From contig CAZGKT010000005.1 of NCBI GenBank assembly GCA_964525605.1, positions 9,122 to 73,121 on the forward strand: 64,000 bases of DNA, written 5' to 3'. The position numbers were made by a program, and so were the translations under genes. Under the pieces are notes generated by a model, which was not told the DNA's origin, did no database searches, and saw only the letters and a program-made list of their open reading frames with translations. Positions 18,370 through 27,355 of the stretch are shown piece by piece. Each line of letters starts with the position of its first letter. Positions within the stretch are counted from its first letter, which is position 1. This stretch comes from an uncultured bacterium. GTDB taxonomy: Bacteria > Oederibacteriota > Muellerivitia > Muellerivitales > Muellerivitaceae.

Positions 18370-19808
18370 AAAAAATACTCTCTACATACATTCTGGCGGT
18401 GTGGGGCCTGTCACTTGTGGCGAGGGCCCAAACCCTCACCCTGGAACAGGCCATCCGGACAACCTGGGAGAATTCTTCTCAATTGCAGGCCCAAAAGAAC
18501 CTGGCGGGCATTTTTTCGGACGATACCTGGAGGCGGTTCGTGCCCGAGGAGCCCAGCTTTTCCTATACGGATGATTACAGCCAGACCTTTTATACCCTTG
18601 GCCTTTCCCTCACCTACCCCTTCCCCTTGAAGAGCATCTTCATGAACCAGCTGGACTGCGCCAACGCGGAACAACAAAGGTTCGAGTTAACCGCTCAAAA
18701 ATACGACCTGGCCGTCGCCATCGCCCAGGCCTATATGACCGGCGCTACGGCACAGGCCATGATCGAGTTCCAGAAACAGAACGTCCAGGACCTGGAGACC
18801 ATCACCGAGGCTATCCGCCTCCAATACGTCCACGGCCAATCCAACCAGACCCAGAAAATCAGCGCCGAATTGCAGTTGACCCAGGCGCAAAGGGATCTCA
18901 AAACCGCCCAGGACCAGCTGACGACGGCCGTGGAACTGTACGCCCGGCTGATGAAGATTCCCTCGGGCCAGGTGACCGGTTTCGAACTGCCGGAGGATGT
19001 TTCCCCCGACATCATCCGTGAATTGGGCGGCAAAACCTCGGGCCAATTGCGCGACAGGGCCAATGTGGACGTGGGGGAAGCCACCCGGGCCACCGGCTTT
19101 TGGAACCAGTTTCCGGACCCGACCTTCAGCTTTACCAAGGATTACTACGACCCGAACAACGCCATCGCCCCCTACAACGACAGTCCCACCCAGCAGCCCA
19201 ACGACTATAACCTCACGGTTTCCTTCACCCTTCCCATCCTCTTCCCCTTCCGCGAGGTGGCGGAAGCCCAGCGAAGCGAGAACCAGGGGATTGTGGCCCG
19301 GGAACAGGCCCGGCTCCAGCTTTTGCAGGACAACTCGGCCCAGGAGGCGGGCGTCCTGGACTACAAGCGAAGCAAGGCGAGGTTCCACCAACTGCATGAC
19401 CGGGACCTGCTCCTGGCCGAAACCATGAGGCAGGCAGCGGTGGAGGCTTATAAAAGAGGCCAACTACATTTTGCCGACCTAATGCTGGCCCGGCAGACCT
19501 ATGCCAGCCTGAAAACCGAGGATATTCAGATCCGCCAGGAAATCGTCAACGCCCATCTGGCCGGCTTGAGGGAACTGGGCAATTCGGACGAAGTTTCAAC
19601 GACGAATGAATCCAACTTGGCACCGGCGAGTTCTTCTCCTACACCCACTTCTACCCCGGATCATCTTTTAGGATCACCCGATTCGGCGGTGGCGGCTCCG
19701 GTTGTTGAGAACGATCAAAAAGTTTTGAGTGGAAATGAAACCTCCATCCCCCTACCCACGCCCACCGTGGGAGCTGGAAACGGGGATGGGGAAAAAGAAG
19801 CGAAATAA
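18366..19808 (+). CDS. Outer-membrane efflux protein (TolC/OMF family)
   Basis: Signal peptide, then 'LTLEQAI' and long coiled-coil repeats typical of the OMF family. Overlaps the upstream gene by 4 nt and precedes the membrane-fusion and RND genes. Confidence 0.75.
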   Translation: MKKILSTYILAVWGLSLVARAQTLTLEQAIRTTWENSSQLQAQKNLAGIFSDDTWRRFVPEEPSFSYTDDYSQTFYTLGLSLTYPFPLKSIFMNQLDCANAEQQRFELTAQKYDLAVAIAQAYMTGATAQAMIEFQKQNVQDLETITEAIRLQYVHGQSNQTQKISAELQLTQAQRDLKTAQDQLTTAVELYARLMKIPSGQVTGFELPEDVSPDIIRELGGKTSGQLRDRANVDVGEATRATGFWNQFPDPTFSFTKDYYDPNNAIAPYNDSPTQQPNDYNLTVSFTLPILFPFREVAEAQRSENQGIVAREQARLQLLQDNSAQEAGVLDYKRSKARFHQLHDRDLLLAETMRQAAVEAYKRGQLHFADLMLARQTYASLKTEDIQIRQEIVNAHLAGLRELGNSDEVSTTNESNLAPASSSPTPTSTPDHLLGSPDSAVAAPVVENDQKVLSGNETSIPLPTPTVGAGNGDGEKEAK

Positions 19809-19831
19809 GACTTTTGAGGAGAGGTGCTGAG

Positions 19832-20785
19832 ATGAAAACATTCCAAATGCTTTTGCTGATGGGAACGCTAACTGTCGGGGCGAGGGCCTGGGCCAACGAC
19901 TTTCAATGGACAAAGGTGGTAGCGGGCGAGGAGATCACCGGAATCCGAACGACGGGAAAGATCATCCCCCAGGCGGGGGCCCTAAAAAGCCAGTCGGCCA
20001 ATACCCAGGGGCGGATTATCTCGGTTCTCAAGAAGGAAGGGGACTCCGTCGAGGTGGGCGACCCGCTTTTCCTGGTCAATGATTCGGAATGCGAGGCACT
20101 GGCCGAGGAAAAGCTCTTGGCCCAGAAAAATGGCGTTCAGGATCTTATCGACGCGGCCAACCAGCGTGAAAAGGAACTGGGCGTCAAAGTGGTATCCGGA
20201 CAGTACGAGATCGTTTCCCTCTTCAAGGGCGTTATTCTCCAGAACCTGGTCAGCGCCGGCACGATTTATAGCCAAGGCCAACAGTTGTCCAATATCCTGG
20301 ATATGCGCAAACTCACAATCGAGTTGGATTTTGCGGAAAAATATGTTTCAGACCTCCGCCGGGGTCAGAAGGTCACCTTCCAACTAGCATCCGACTCCCA
20401 GACGTCCTATAACTCCACCATCGAGACGATCGTACCCACGATCGATCCCAACCAACGCACGACTATCGTGCGTTTGCGACCGGTGGTGCTTCCTGCCACG
20501 GTCAACCTGTCCGAGCTGGTCTATGGCACCGTGCAGACTGGCGCGAGCCAGCCCATTCTCAAGGTTCCTTCCACATCCCTGGTCTTCAGTCACGATAAGC
20601 AATACGTCATGAAGGGGGACGAGAATAACCCCGTGGCGGTGGAAGTCCAGGTGGTCAACGAGACGGACGAATTAAGTTCCGTGAGGCCGGTGAACGCAGG
20701 CGAATTGAAGGAAGGGGATAACGTGGCCAGCGAAGGAGGAATCTTCCTCTGGGCAAAGGTCAATGGCATCTACGGGGGCGGCTGA
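19832..20785 (+). CDS. RND efflux membrane-fusion (periplasmic adaptor) protein
   Basis: Biotinyl/lipoyl-like hairpin 'GRIISVLKKEGDSVEVGDPLFLV' and a beta-barrel C-terminus. GAGGAGAGGTG ribosome-binding site upstream. Confidence 0.7.
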   Translation: MKTFQMLLLMGTLTVGARAWANDFQWTKVVAGEEITGIRTTGKIIPQAGALKSQSANTQGRIISVLKKEGDSVEVGDPLFLVNDSECEALAEEKLLAQKNGVQDLIDAANQREKELGVKVVSGQYEIVSLFKGVILQNLVSAGTIYSQGQQLSNILDMRKLTIELDFAEKYVSDLRRGQKVTFQLASDSQTSYNSTIETIVPTIDPNQRTTIVRLRPVVLPATVNLSELVYGTVQTGASQPILKVPSTSLVFSHDKQYVMKGDENNPVAVEVQVVNETDELSSVRPVNAGELKEGDNVASEGGIFLWAKVNGIYGGG

Positions 20786-20852
20786 TCCCCTCCGTGCGGA
20801 AAATACGGCCTGCGGTTGAGAGAATGATGGACAAAGGTTAAAAGGATCGAAA

Positions 20853-23800
20853 ATGGTAAAACTCATATTGAAATGGATGCAGTTCCAAAGGGAAGCCTTC
20901 GTATTGTTCCTTTTCCTCCTGATGGGCATCGTGGGTTACGGGGCTTACGTGGCCTTCAACAGTGAGATCATGGCCTTCCCCGAGTTCACCAACGTGCAAT
21001 TAAACGTGCAGACCCAATGGCCCGGCCACGCGGCGGAGGAAATCGAGCGATTGGTCACCATCCCCCTGGAAACGGCCACCCGCAGCGTGCCAGGGGTCAT
21101 CAATTCCACCTCTCTTTCCGAGTTCGGATTGAGCGTCATCCTCCTCACCTTTTCTGACGATACCCCGAATTGGAAGGCCCGAAGCGACACGGTGCAGTAC
21201 ATGTCCAACGCCAACATGCCCAGCGGAGTGACGCCCGGTCTTTCAACCGATACCACTCCCTTAGGGCAGATCATGCGTTATTCGCTGGAGGGCAACTTGC
21301 CCCCGGACGAGATGCGCATGATCCAAGATTGGCAGATCACGCGCTATCTGGCTACTGTCCCTGGAGTATCCGATGTGGAAGCCTTTGGGGGGCCCACCCG
21401 CACGGTGGAGATCAAAATCGACATCCCGAGGATGGAATCCCTGGGGCTTACCATCTCCCAAATTGCCCAGAATCTGGGCGCCAACCATCAAAACGCGGGC
21501 GGCGATTTCATTACCCACGGCGATGAAATGTATATCGTGCGGTCCATCGGGCTTTACCAGGATCCCATGGACCTGGAAAACGCCGTCATCGCGACCCAAG
21601 GGAACACCCCTATCCGCATCAAGGATATCGGGTCGGTGGTCATGAGCCACCATGTGCGCCTGGGGCAGACTGGACGGGACCATGATGATGACGTAGTGCG
21701 GGCCATGGTCAACCTACGGGTCGGCGCCAATACCATGCAGACCCTGGCCGGGTTGCATAAGAAAATCGACGAACTAAACAACCATCTATTGCCCAAGGGA
21801 TGCAAGATCAACATCTATTATGACCGGGGAGACCTGATCCGCCGCAGCAGCCGGACGGTCTTCCACAACGTCATTTTTGGAATCGTCCTGGTCTGTACCC
21901 TTTTGATCCTGGGTTTCGGGATCCAGTATTGGGCCATGTCCTCAGGGGTCGCCCTCATCATCCCCTTTGCCTTGTTGGTGGCCTTCGTGGGATTGCATAT
22001 ATGCGGTTACAACCCCAATCTGATTTCCCTTGGGGCTGTGGACTTCGGCATCATCGTGGAAACTGCGGTCTTTGGGGCCGAGGCACTAGCCGTCTCCCTA
22101 GCACGGCAAAAAAGGAAGGACGACGAGGCGAACGCCTTAGCCCTTTCGGAGGTCCTGGGTCCAGCCCTACTTTGCGCATTTCTTCTACTAATCGCATTCA
22201 TTCCCATCCTGAGCCTTCAGCGCATTGAAGGCCGCATTTTCCGGCCCCTGGGGATCACTTTGGTTTCGGCGCTCGTGGGGGGACAATTGGGAGCTTTTAT
22301 TTTCCTTCCCCTGGCCGCCTCCTGGGCGCCTATTGGACCCAAGCCCACCAAAGCAGACGATGTTTTCCATTGGATACTAGAACGTTGCAACCGGGTCATG
22401 CTTTGGTTTAACGGATTCAAGCACATCGGCTGGATCGCGGGCGCCATCATGGCGGCCCTCCTGATCCTCATTAATTGGGGCATGGGTACCGAATTCCTGC
22501 CCACCATGAACGAGGGCAACCTTTGGATCCGGGTGAGCGCACCGCCCACCATTTCCCGGGAAAAGGCTGTGCAGTTGGCCCACGATATTCGCGAAAGAAT
22601 GCTTCGGGTCAAGGAAGTCAAATCGGTGGTTTCCCAGCTGGGGAGACCCGATGACGGGAGCGACATCAGCGGTTTTGATACGCTAGAGTTTCAGGTGGAT
22701 CTGGGCGATCCGGAAGATTGGAAGAGCGCGGATTCCATCGAAGGTTTCGTGAAACTCATCCGAGAACAGGAAAAGGATATCGAAGGCTGCGACTTCTACT
22801 ATTCCCAATATATTAAAGACAACGTGGACGAGGCTATCACGGGGGTCATGGGTGAACTAGCCGTCAAAATCCACGGCCCGGATTTACGTGTCCTGCAGAG
22901 CTTGGGGGATCAGTTTGAAACAATCATAGCTAAAACGCCCGGGGCAGTTGATGTGGGCGAAGAGGACATACTCCAACAGCCCGAGCTGCAGTATGTGATG
23001 GATCGGGATAAGATGGACAGTTACGGCATCCAGGTTTCCCAGGCGGAGGACGTTCTCTCATCGGCTCTCTCCGGTAAATGGGCTGCTCAAATGGTGGATC
23101 CGCAGGGGCGCTATGTAGATATTATGGTGAAACCCCGGCTGCCCAGCCCGTTGAACCAAAACGTTTTGAATTCAATTCCTCTTTTGGCACCGGGCGGAGC
23201 GGAAATCCCCTTGGGTGAGGTGACCCAGGCCAAAGTGGTCGAAGGGATCTCGCATATTTACCGCGAGGAAGGAGACCGGCGCGTGGCCGCTAAGTGCTCG
23301 GTGAGGGGCAGGGCGGTCGTGGAATTCGTTAAGGAATGCGACGACCAGATCAAGAAGCAGGTCAAGCTTCCACCCAAGTACTGGTACTACTGGTCGGGAA
23401 CTTTTGAGAACGCTATTCGCGCCAGCCGGCAGTTGTCTATCATCGTGCCGATCTGCATCCTGGCCATGATTACCATTATGTACACCTGGTTTAAGGATTG
23501 GAGGCTCTTGGCCATCTTGCTTTGGGAAATTCCATTCGCCACTCTGGGCGGTTTGGCGGCCCTGCGTATGGCCGGATTGAACCTGAGTATTTCGGCGGCG
23601 GCGGGAGGCATCATCCGCATCGGGGTTTCCTTCCTGACGGGCATGATGATCATCTCGGCCTTCGTCAAGACCCGGGACGCCTCCAAGGCCCTGATGGAAA
23701 AGGGAAGAAGCATTCTGATTTCGAACGGGGTGGCCATTATCGGATTGCTACCTGCGGCTTTGTCTCACGCCATCGGTTCGGAAACCGCGCGGCCCTTCGC

Positions 23801-23900
23801 AGTGGCCATTTTGGGGGGGTTGGCGGCTTCGATGACGCTGAGCTTGACCTTGCTACCGGTGTTTTTGAAGAGGATCGAGCACTTCTACAAGCATAAATAA
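20853..23900 (+). CDS. RND efflux transporter, CzcA/CusA-like (heavy-metal-efflux type)
   Basis: 1015 aa with 12 TM helices, two large periplasmic loops and AcrB/CzcA family motifs throughout. Follows the OMF and adaptor genes. Confidence 0.85.
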   Translation: MVKLILKWMQFQREAFVLFLFLLMGIVGYGAYVAFNSEIMAFPEFTNVQLNVQTQWPGHAAEEIERLVTIPLETATRSVPGVINSTSLSEFGLSVILLTFSDDTPNWKARSDTVQYMSNANMPSGVTPGLSTDTTPLGQIMRYSLEGNLPPDEMRMIQDWQITRYLATVPGVSDVEAFGGPTRTVEIKIDIPRMESLGLTISQIAQNLGANHQNAGGDFITHGDEMYIVRSIGLYQDPMDLENAVIATQGNTPIRIKDIGSVVMSHHVRLGQTGRDHDDDVVRAMVNLRVGANTMQTLAGLHKKIDELNNHLLPKGCKINIYYDRGDLIRRSSRTVFHNVIFGIVLVCTLLILGFGIQYWAMSSGVALIIPFALLVAFVGLHICGYNPNLISLGAVDFGIIVETAVFGAEALAVSLARQKRKDDEANALALSEVLGPALLCAFLLLIAFIPILSLQRIEGRIFRPLGITLVSALVGGQLGAFIFLPLAASWAPIGPKPTKADDVFHWILERCNRVMLWFNGFKHIGWIAGAIMAALLILINWGMGTEFLPTMNEGNLWIRVSAPPTISREKAVQLAHDIRERMLRVKEVKSVVSQLGRPDDGSDISGFDTLEFQVDLGDPEDWKSADSIEGFVKLIREQEKDIEGCDFYYSQYIKDNVDEAITGVMGELAVKIHGPDLRVLQSLGDQFETIIAKTPGAVDVGEEDILQQPELQYVMDRDKMDSYGIQVSQAEDVLSSALSGKWAAQMVDPQGRYVDIMVKPRLPSPLNQNVLNSIPLLAPGGAEIPLGEVTQAKVVEGISHIYREEGDRRVAAKCSVRGRAVVEFVKECDDQIKKQVKLPPKYWYYWSGTFENAIRASRQLSIIVPICILAMITIMYTWFKDWRLLAILLWEIPFATLGGLAALRMAGLNLSISAAAGGIIRIGVSFLTGMMIISAFVKTRDASKALMEKGRSILISNGVAIIGLLPAALSHAIGSETARPFAVAILGGLAASMTLSLTLLPVFLKRIEHFYKHK

Positions 23901-23957
23901 AAAAAGCCCTGGTCCGGTATGTCGGATCAGGGCTTCTGTGTATCTGGTTAAAAAGAT

Positions 23958-24206
23958 TTAGGCGAGGGTTTTTTCGGGCCTTTGGGAGAGGATGCCGACG
24001 ACCACCCACAGGTCGAAGAGCACCATCATGGAGCAATAGATGGTCGTGACCCAGGCGAAGATCGCGTGCTGATCCCACATTTCAGTCCAGGCTTGTGAGA
24101 CCGTATAGTCGGGCTGTTGGGAAAGGCTCATGAATCCAGCCGAGACCATAGCAATTCCGGCTACCGTCAGCAGGCCCATCACCGTGAGTAATTGAGATTT
24201 TTTCAT
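23958..24206 (-). CDS. Small membrane protein
   Basis: 82 aa with two predicted TM helices. Confidence 0.35.
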   Translation of the reverse strand: MKKSQLLTVMGLLTVAGIAMVSAGFMSLSQQPDYTVSQAWTEMWDQHAIFAWVTTIYCSMMVLFDLWVVVGILSQRPEKTLA

Positions 24207-24321
24207 GTCGTCCCTCCCTCTTGGCGGATGTTGAAAATTTCTTTTTCAGTCATCCACTAATGAAACACTAACACAAGAAATTTATTTTTTGTAGTGAGAG
24301 GTGAAAATAATTGGGTTTACT

Positions 24322-24350
24322 GTTAGGGAACCGTTAGGAAGTTGTTAGGA
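24322..24350 (+). promoter_or_regulatory. Three GTTAGG direct repeats at exact 11-bp spacing
   Basis: TGTTAGGgaac-CGTTAGGaagt-TGTTAGGattt. This is OmpR/PhoB-style helical phasing. It sits directly beside the orphan kdpE-like gene. Confidence 0.55.
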
Positions 24351-24404
24351 TTTGGATCTACAAGATACATTTTTGAAGAAAGGCCGCCTCAAATATGTTC
24401 CAGG

Positions 24405-25154
24405 TCACAATTTGGGTTGTCGTGAGCGCTCGGTCGCTTTCGGTTTGGGCGGAAGGAATTCATTCTTAAGCCGGTAGCCCACGCCGGGTTCCGTCAGAAT
24501 GTATTGGGGAAGGGAGGGGTCTTCTTCAATTTTTTGACGCAGTTGATGGATAAAAAGTCTCAGTGAACTCGCTTGTTCTTCTTCTTCGATCCCCCATATC
24601 TCCCGGGTGATCATCTTTTGGGTGACCACTTTTCCCGCGTGACGGATCAGGATGATCAAGAGTTTGTATTCGTTTTGGGTTAGGTGCACTTCCTGATTAC
24701 GGACCGTCACGGTCCGGCTGGCTAAATCCACTTTGAAATCGGGTGTCTCAAAGCAGGGATCATTTCTCTGGGTTTTGAGGTGGGACTCGTGGCGTAGGGC
24801 CACTCGAATACGTGCCAAAAGTTCGCCCGTATCAAAGGGTTTGGTGAGGTAATCGTCGGCGCCCGCGTCCAGACCCTTTACCTTGTCCCTTTCTTGGTCC
24901 CGACAGGTCAGGATGATGATAGGGCACTGGGTCCATTCGCGAAGCCTCCCTAGGACCACTAGGCCGTCCAGATCCGGTAGTTCCAGATCCAGAAGAATCA
25001 GGTCGGGCTTATGGGAGGAAGCCAAGGCCATGCCCTCTTCGGCGTTATCCGCCTCAATGACCTTGAAATCGTGGCTTTCTAGAAAGGGTTTCAGGAAACG
25101 GCGGATGGGCTTTTCATCTTCAATAATAAGAACCACATATTTATTTATCGTCAT
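24405..25154 (-). CDS. OmpR-family response regulator, KdpE paralog with no adjacent kinase
   Basis: Roughly 70% identical to KdpE (10610-11305) over its full length ('MTINKYVVLIIEDEKPIRRFLKPFLESHDFKV...'). AGGTGA ribosome-binding site before the ATG. Confidence 0.8.
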   Translation of the reverse strand: MTINKYVVLIIEDEKPIRRFLKPFLESHDFKVIEADNAEEGMALASSHKPDLILLDLELPDLDGLVVLGRLREWTQCPIIILTCRDQERDKVKGLDAGADDYLTKPFDTGELLARIRVALRHESHLKTQRNDPCFETPDFKVDLASRTVTVRNQEVHLTQNEYKLLIILIRHAGKVVTQKMITREIWGIEEEEQASSLRLFIHQLRQKIEEDPSLPQYILTEPGVGYRLKNEFLPPKPKATERSRQPKL

Positions 25155-25744
25155 ATTCACCTGGTTTTATGCGGCGGTAGAAAATGGGTTTACGCCACGT
25201 TTAAATAACGGAACAATTATAAAAAAATCTAAGGTTTTGAATGTGATGAAAGACAGGAAAATAGTTTTGGTTTGTCGGGATTTATCGCGTGAGAATATTT
25301 TTAGAAAAACCCTTCATACGAGCCGTTTTTCATTATTCCCTAATAAATCACGCTCAAATCTTAACGGAATCCTAATGTCTCTCCGGACTAGAATTCAGAA
25401 AATCTACAAAGGGGAGGTGGCCCATGGATTCAGGCGTCTGGTCGCTCGTGATTCTGGCCTTCATGGTGGTTTTGTCTGGCTTTTATTTGAATAGCTATAA
25501 ATAATTTAAAGACTTTAAAAAGGTCCTTGGCCCACAAGCCAGAGGGCCTTTTTTATTGTCCTGAGAGATCAGGATCTACTTGAAGGCTCCTGCCGGATGA
25601 AAAAGGCCTTTAAATACTCTTCTGAATATAGTCGATTCAACAAAAAGGGTTTGAGCTTCCACCTTAAAAATCCTCCCAAAAACTAGCATCTGCGTTAGAA
25701 GTGCTGGTAATTTAGTTTGCGATAGAGTTACTTCTAATGAAAGG

Positions 25745-26383
25745 GTGGCCATGGCTAAAGAAACTGATATCAAGACGGGAAGCACGCAATCATTTGCCCG
25801 GTTTATTCTGTGGGAAATTTTAGGAATTGTCGGGTTTCTCCATATTCTTCAATATGCTCCCGCTAACGACGTTACACCTCTTTATTTTTTGGCCAACTCA
25901 GTCGTTTTCATCGCGGTTTATCCAGTCCTTTACTTCTTAAGCCAGTTAAACCTTCCGGCGGTTTTGAAAGTCATCGTCTCCCCTTTAAGTATCGTCTTGA
26001 GGCTCGTGCTGATGGTTTCTTGTTATGTTTGGGTCACCTATATCCTTTATGCGACCGGATATATGTTGGCCATGACTTCCTGTTACGCGGTTTTTCGGGA
26101 TGATTTCATGTATCTGGGACCTTTTTTTGCCTTGGATTACGTTTTCTTCATCGAGCACCTCTGGGGCGTCGGCAAGAACAACCTGTCCTTTTGGAGGGCC
26201 CTGGGCATCATCTCGGATGCAGTCAGCGGAGTGGTGGGTGGGTTCTATCTGGGCCGCATTTTGAATACTAAATGGGGAATGTTTTTTGGAACAGATGAAA
26301 CAAGGGCCATCATCTGGATTCTCTTTATTCTTGGCGGTGTCGCCGCTGTGGTTTGGTTTAGCAACAAGACCCGGCAGGGATAA
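25745..26383 (+). CDS. Hypothetical polytopic membrane protein
   Basis: 212 aa with 5-6 hydrophobic helices. Confidence 0.4.
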   Translation: MAMAKETDIKTGSTQSFARFILWEILGIVGFLHILQYAPANDVTPLYFLANSVVFIAVYPVLYFLSQLNLPAVLKVIVSPLSIVLRLVLMVSCYVWVTYILYATGYMLAMTSCYAVFRDDFMYLGPFFALDYVFFIEHLWGVGKNNLSFWRALGIISDAVSGVVGGFYLGRILNTKWGMFFGTDETRAIIWILFILGGVAAVVWFSNKTRQG

Positions 26384-26408
26384 ATTTCATTTACAAAGGA
26401 GGAGGGGA

Positions 26409-26900
26409 GTGGCCCAGGCGAATACCGTAAAAATAAAAACGACTGTTGATAGAGAACAATGTCAAGCAACGCTCAAGGCCTACGAAATCCTCGTGGCCGA
26501 AAGGGGGATTCGGTTTAAAGACAACCTTCAATGGCCGGACCAATATGTCGTGACATGGAAGGACCCTCTTCATTTCAAGATCGCCAATTGGGTGCATCGC
26601 GTGGGGTTGCCTGCTGACGGATATACAGAACAAGAATCCTGGGAAGTGGAATTGTCCCAAGATAATAAAACGGTCTTGAGCCTTCAAAAGCCTCAAGTGG
26701 ATTTGAAAAACATCCTTCTGGTCCTATTGGGGTTGGTGTTGGTCAGCGTTGTATTAATTGCCGGAAAATCGGTGCCTCGTGTTTATGTGGGTCTGGCATG
26801 GGCCGGCTTGTTTCTCATTTTTTTCTTTCGAGTCTTCATTTTTGATGACGAAACCACCCTTTGCGTCCGTTTTTTGGGAAGGGTTTTGAACCCCGAATGA
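26409..26900 (+). CDS. Hypothetical protein with C-terminal TM anchor
   Basis: AAAGGAGGAGG ribosome-binding site before the GTG at 26409. The upstream part of the listed ORF overlaps the preceding gene. Confidence 0.35.
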   Translation: MAQANTVKIKTTVDREQCQATLKAYEILVAERGIRFKDNLQWPDQYVVTWKDPLHFKIANWVHRVGLPADGYTEQESWEVELSQDNKTVLSLQKPQVDLKNILLVLLGLVLVSVVLIAGKSVPRVYVGLAWAGLFLIFFFRVFIFDDETTLCVRFLGRVLNPE

Positions 26901-27301
26901 ATCTGGAAATGAAAGCCTTCAAACCTCCGGGTTCCTATTAAAATGGAATGAATTCTTCGCTGATTTTTCCCCGTGATTGTGCATGGACCATCTTTTCACC
27001 AGGCGCTTGGGTTCCTCTCTGGAATTGGTGAAGCTAACCCTAAGGTTTCGAATTGTACCAACCATTTGGCAGTGGGTAATACAACCCGTTACCTCTTGGC
27101 TTGGGGGCAAAGGGCAGGCTAAAAGTTCTTACTCCAGGTTCTAAATGCTTTGTTTTACACCCCCGAAAACTACAATATTGTCGCTAATAACCACATTGGT
27201 ATGTATTAACCATTGTGGAGAACTTTTTCTGAGCCTCTCAAAACTAACTTTTTCCTAACGCTTTATTGCCAAATAAATAGAAATATTTGATTTGTCCAAA
27301 A

Positions 27302-27317
27302 TGGCACAACAGTTGCT
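27302..27317 (+). promoter_or_regulatory. Sigma-54 -24/-12 promoter
   Basis: TGGCAC-aacag-TTGCt, about 40 nt upstream of the permease ATG. Preceded by CTAAC repeats at 27244 and 27255. Confidence 0.55.
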
Positions 27318-27355
27318 TTATGACCTCCTGCCAATTCAAACAAAAGGAGGAAGTT

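Noticed and set aside
18687-19463. 258-aa antisense ORF within the TolC-like gene, plus similar ones in kdpD (13356-13952), the RND gene and the APC permeases (27965-28603, 30547-31377)
   Set aside because: These sit opposite strongly supported genes and have no family resemblance.
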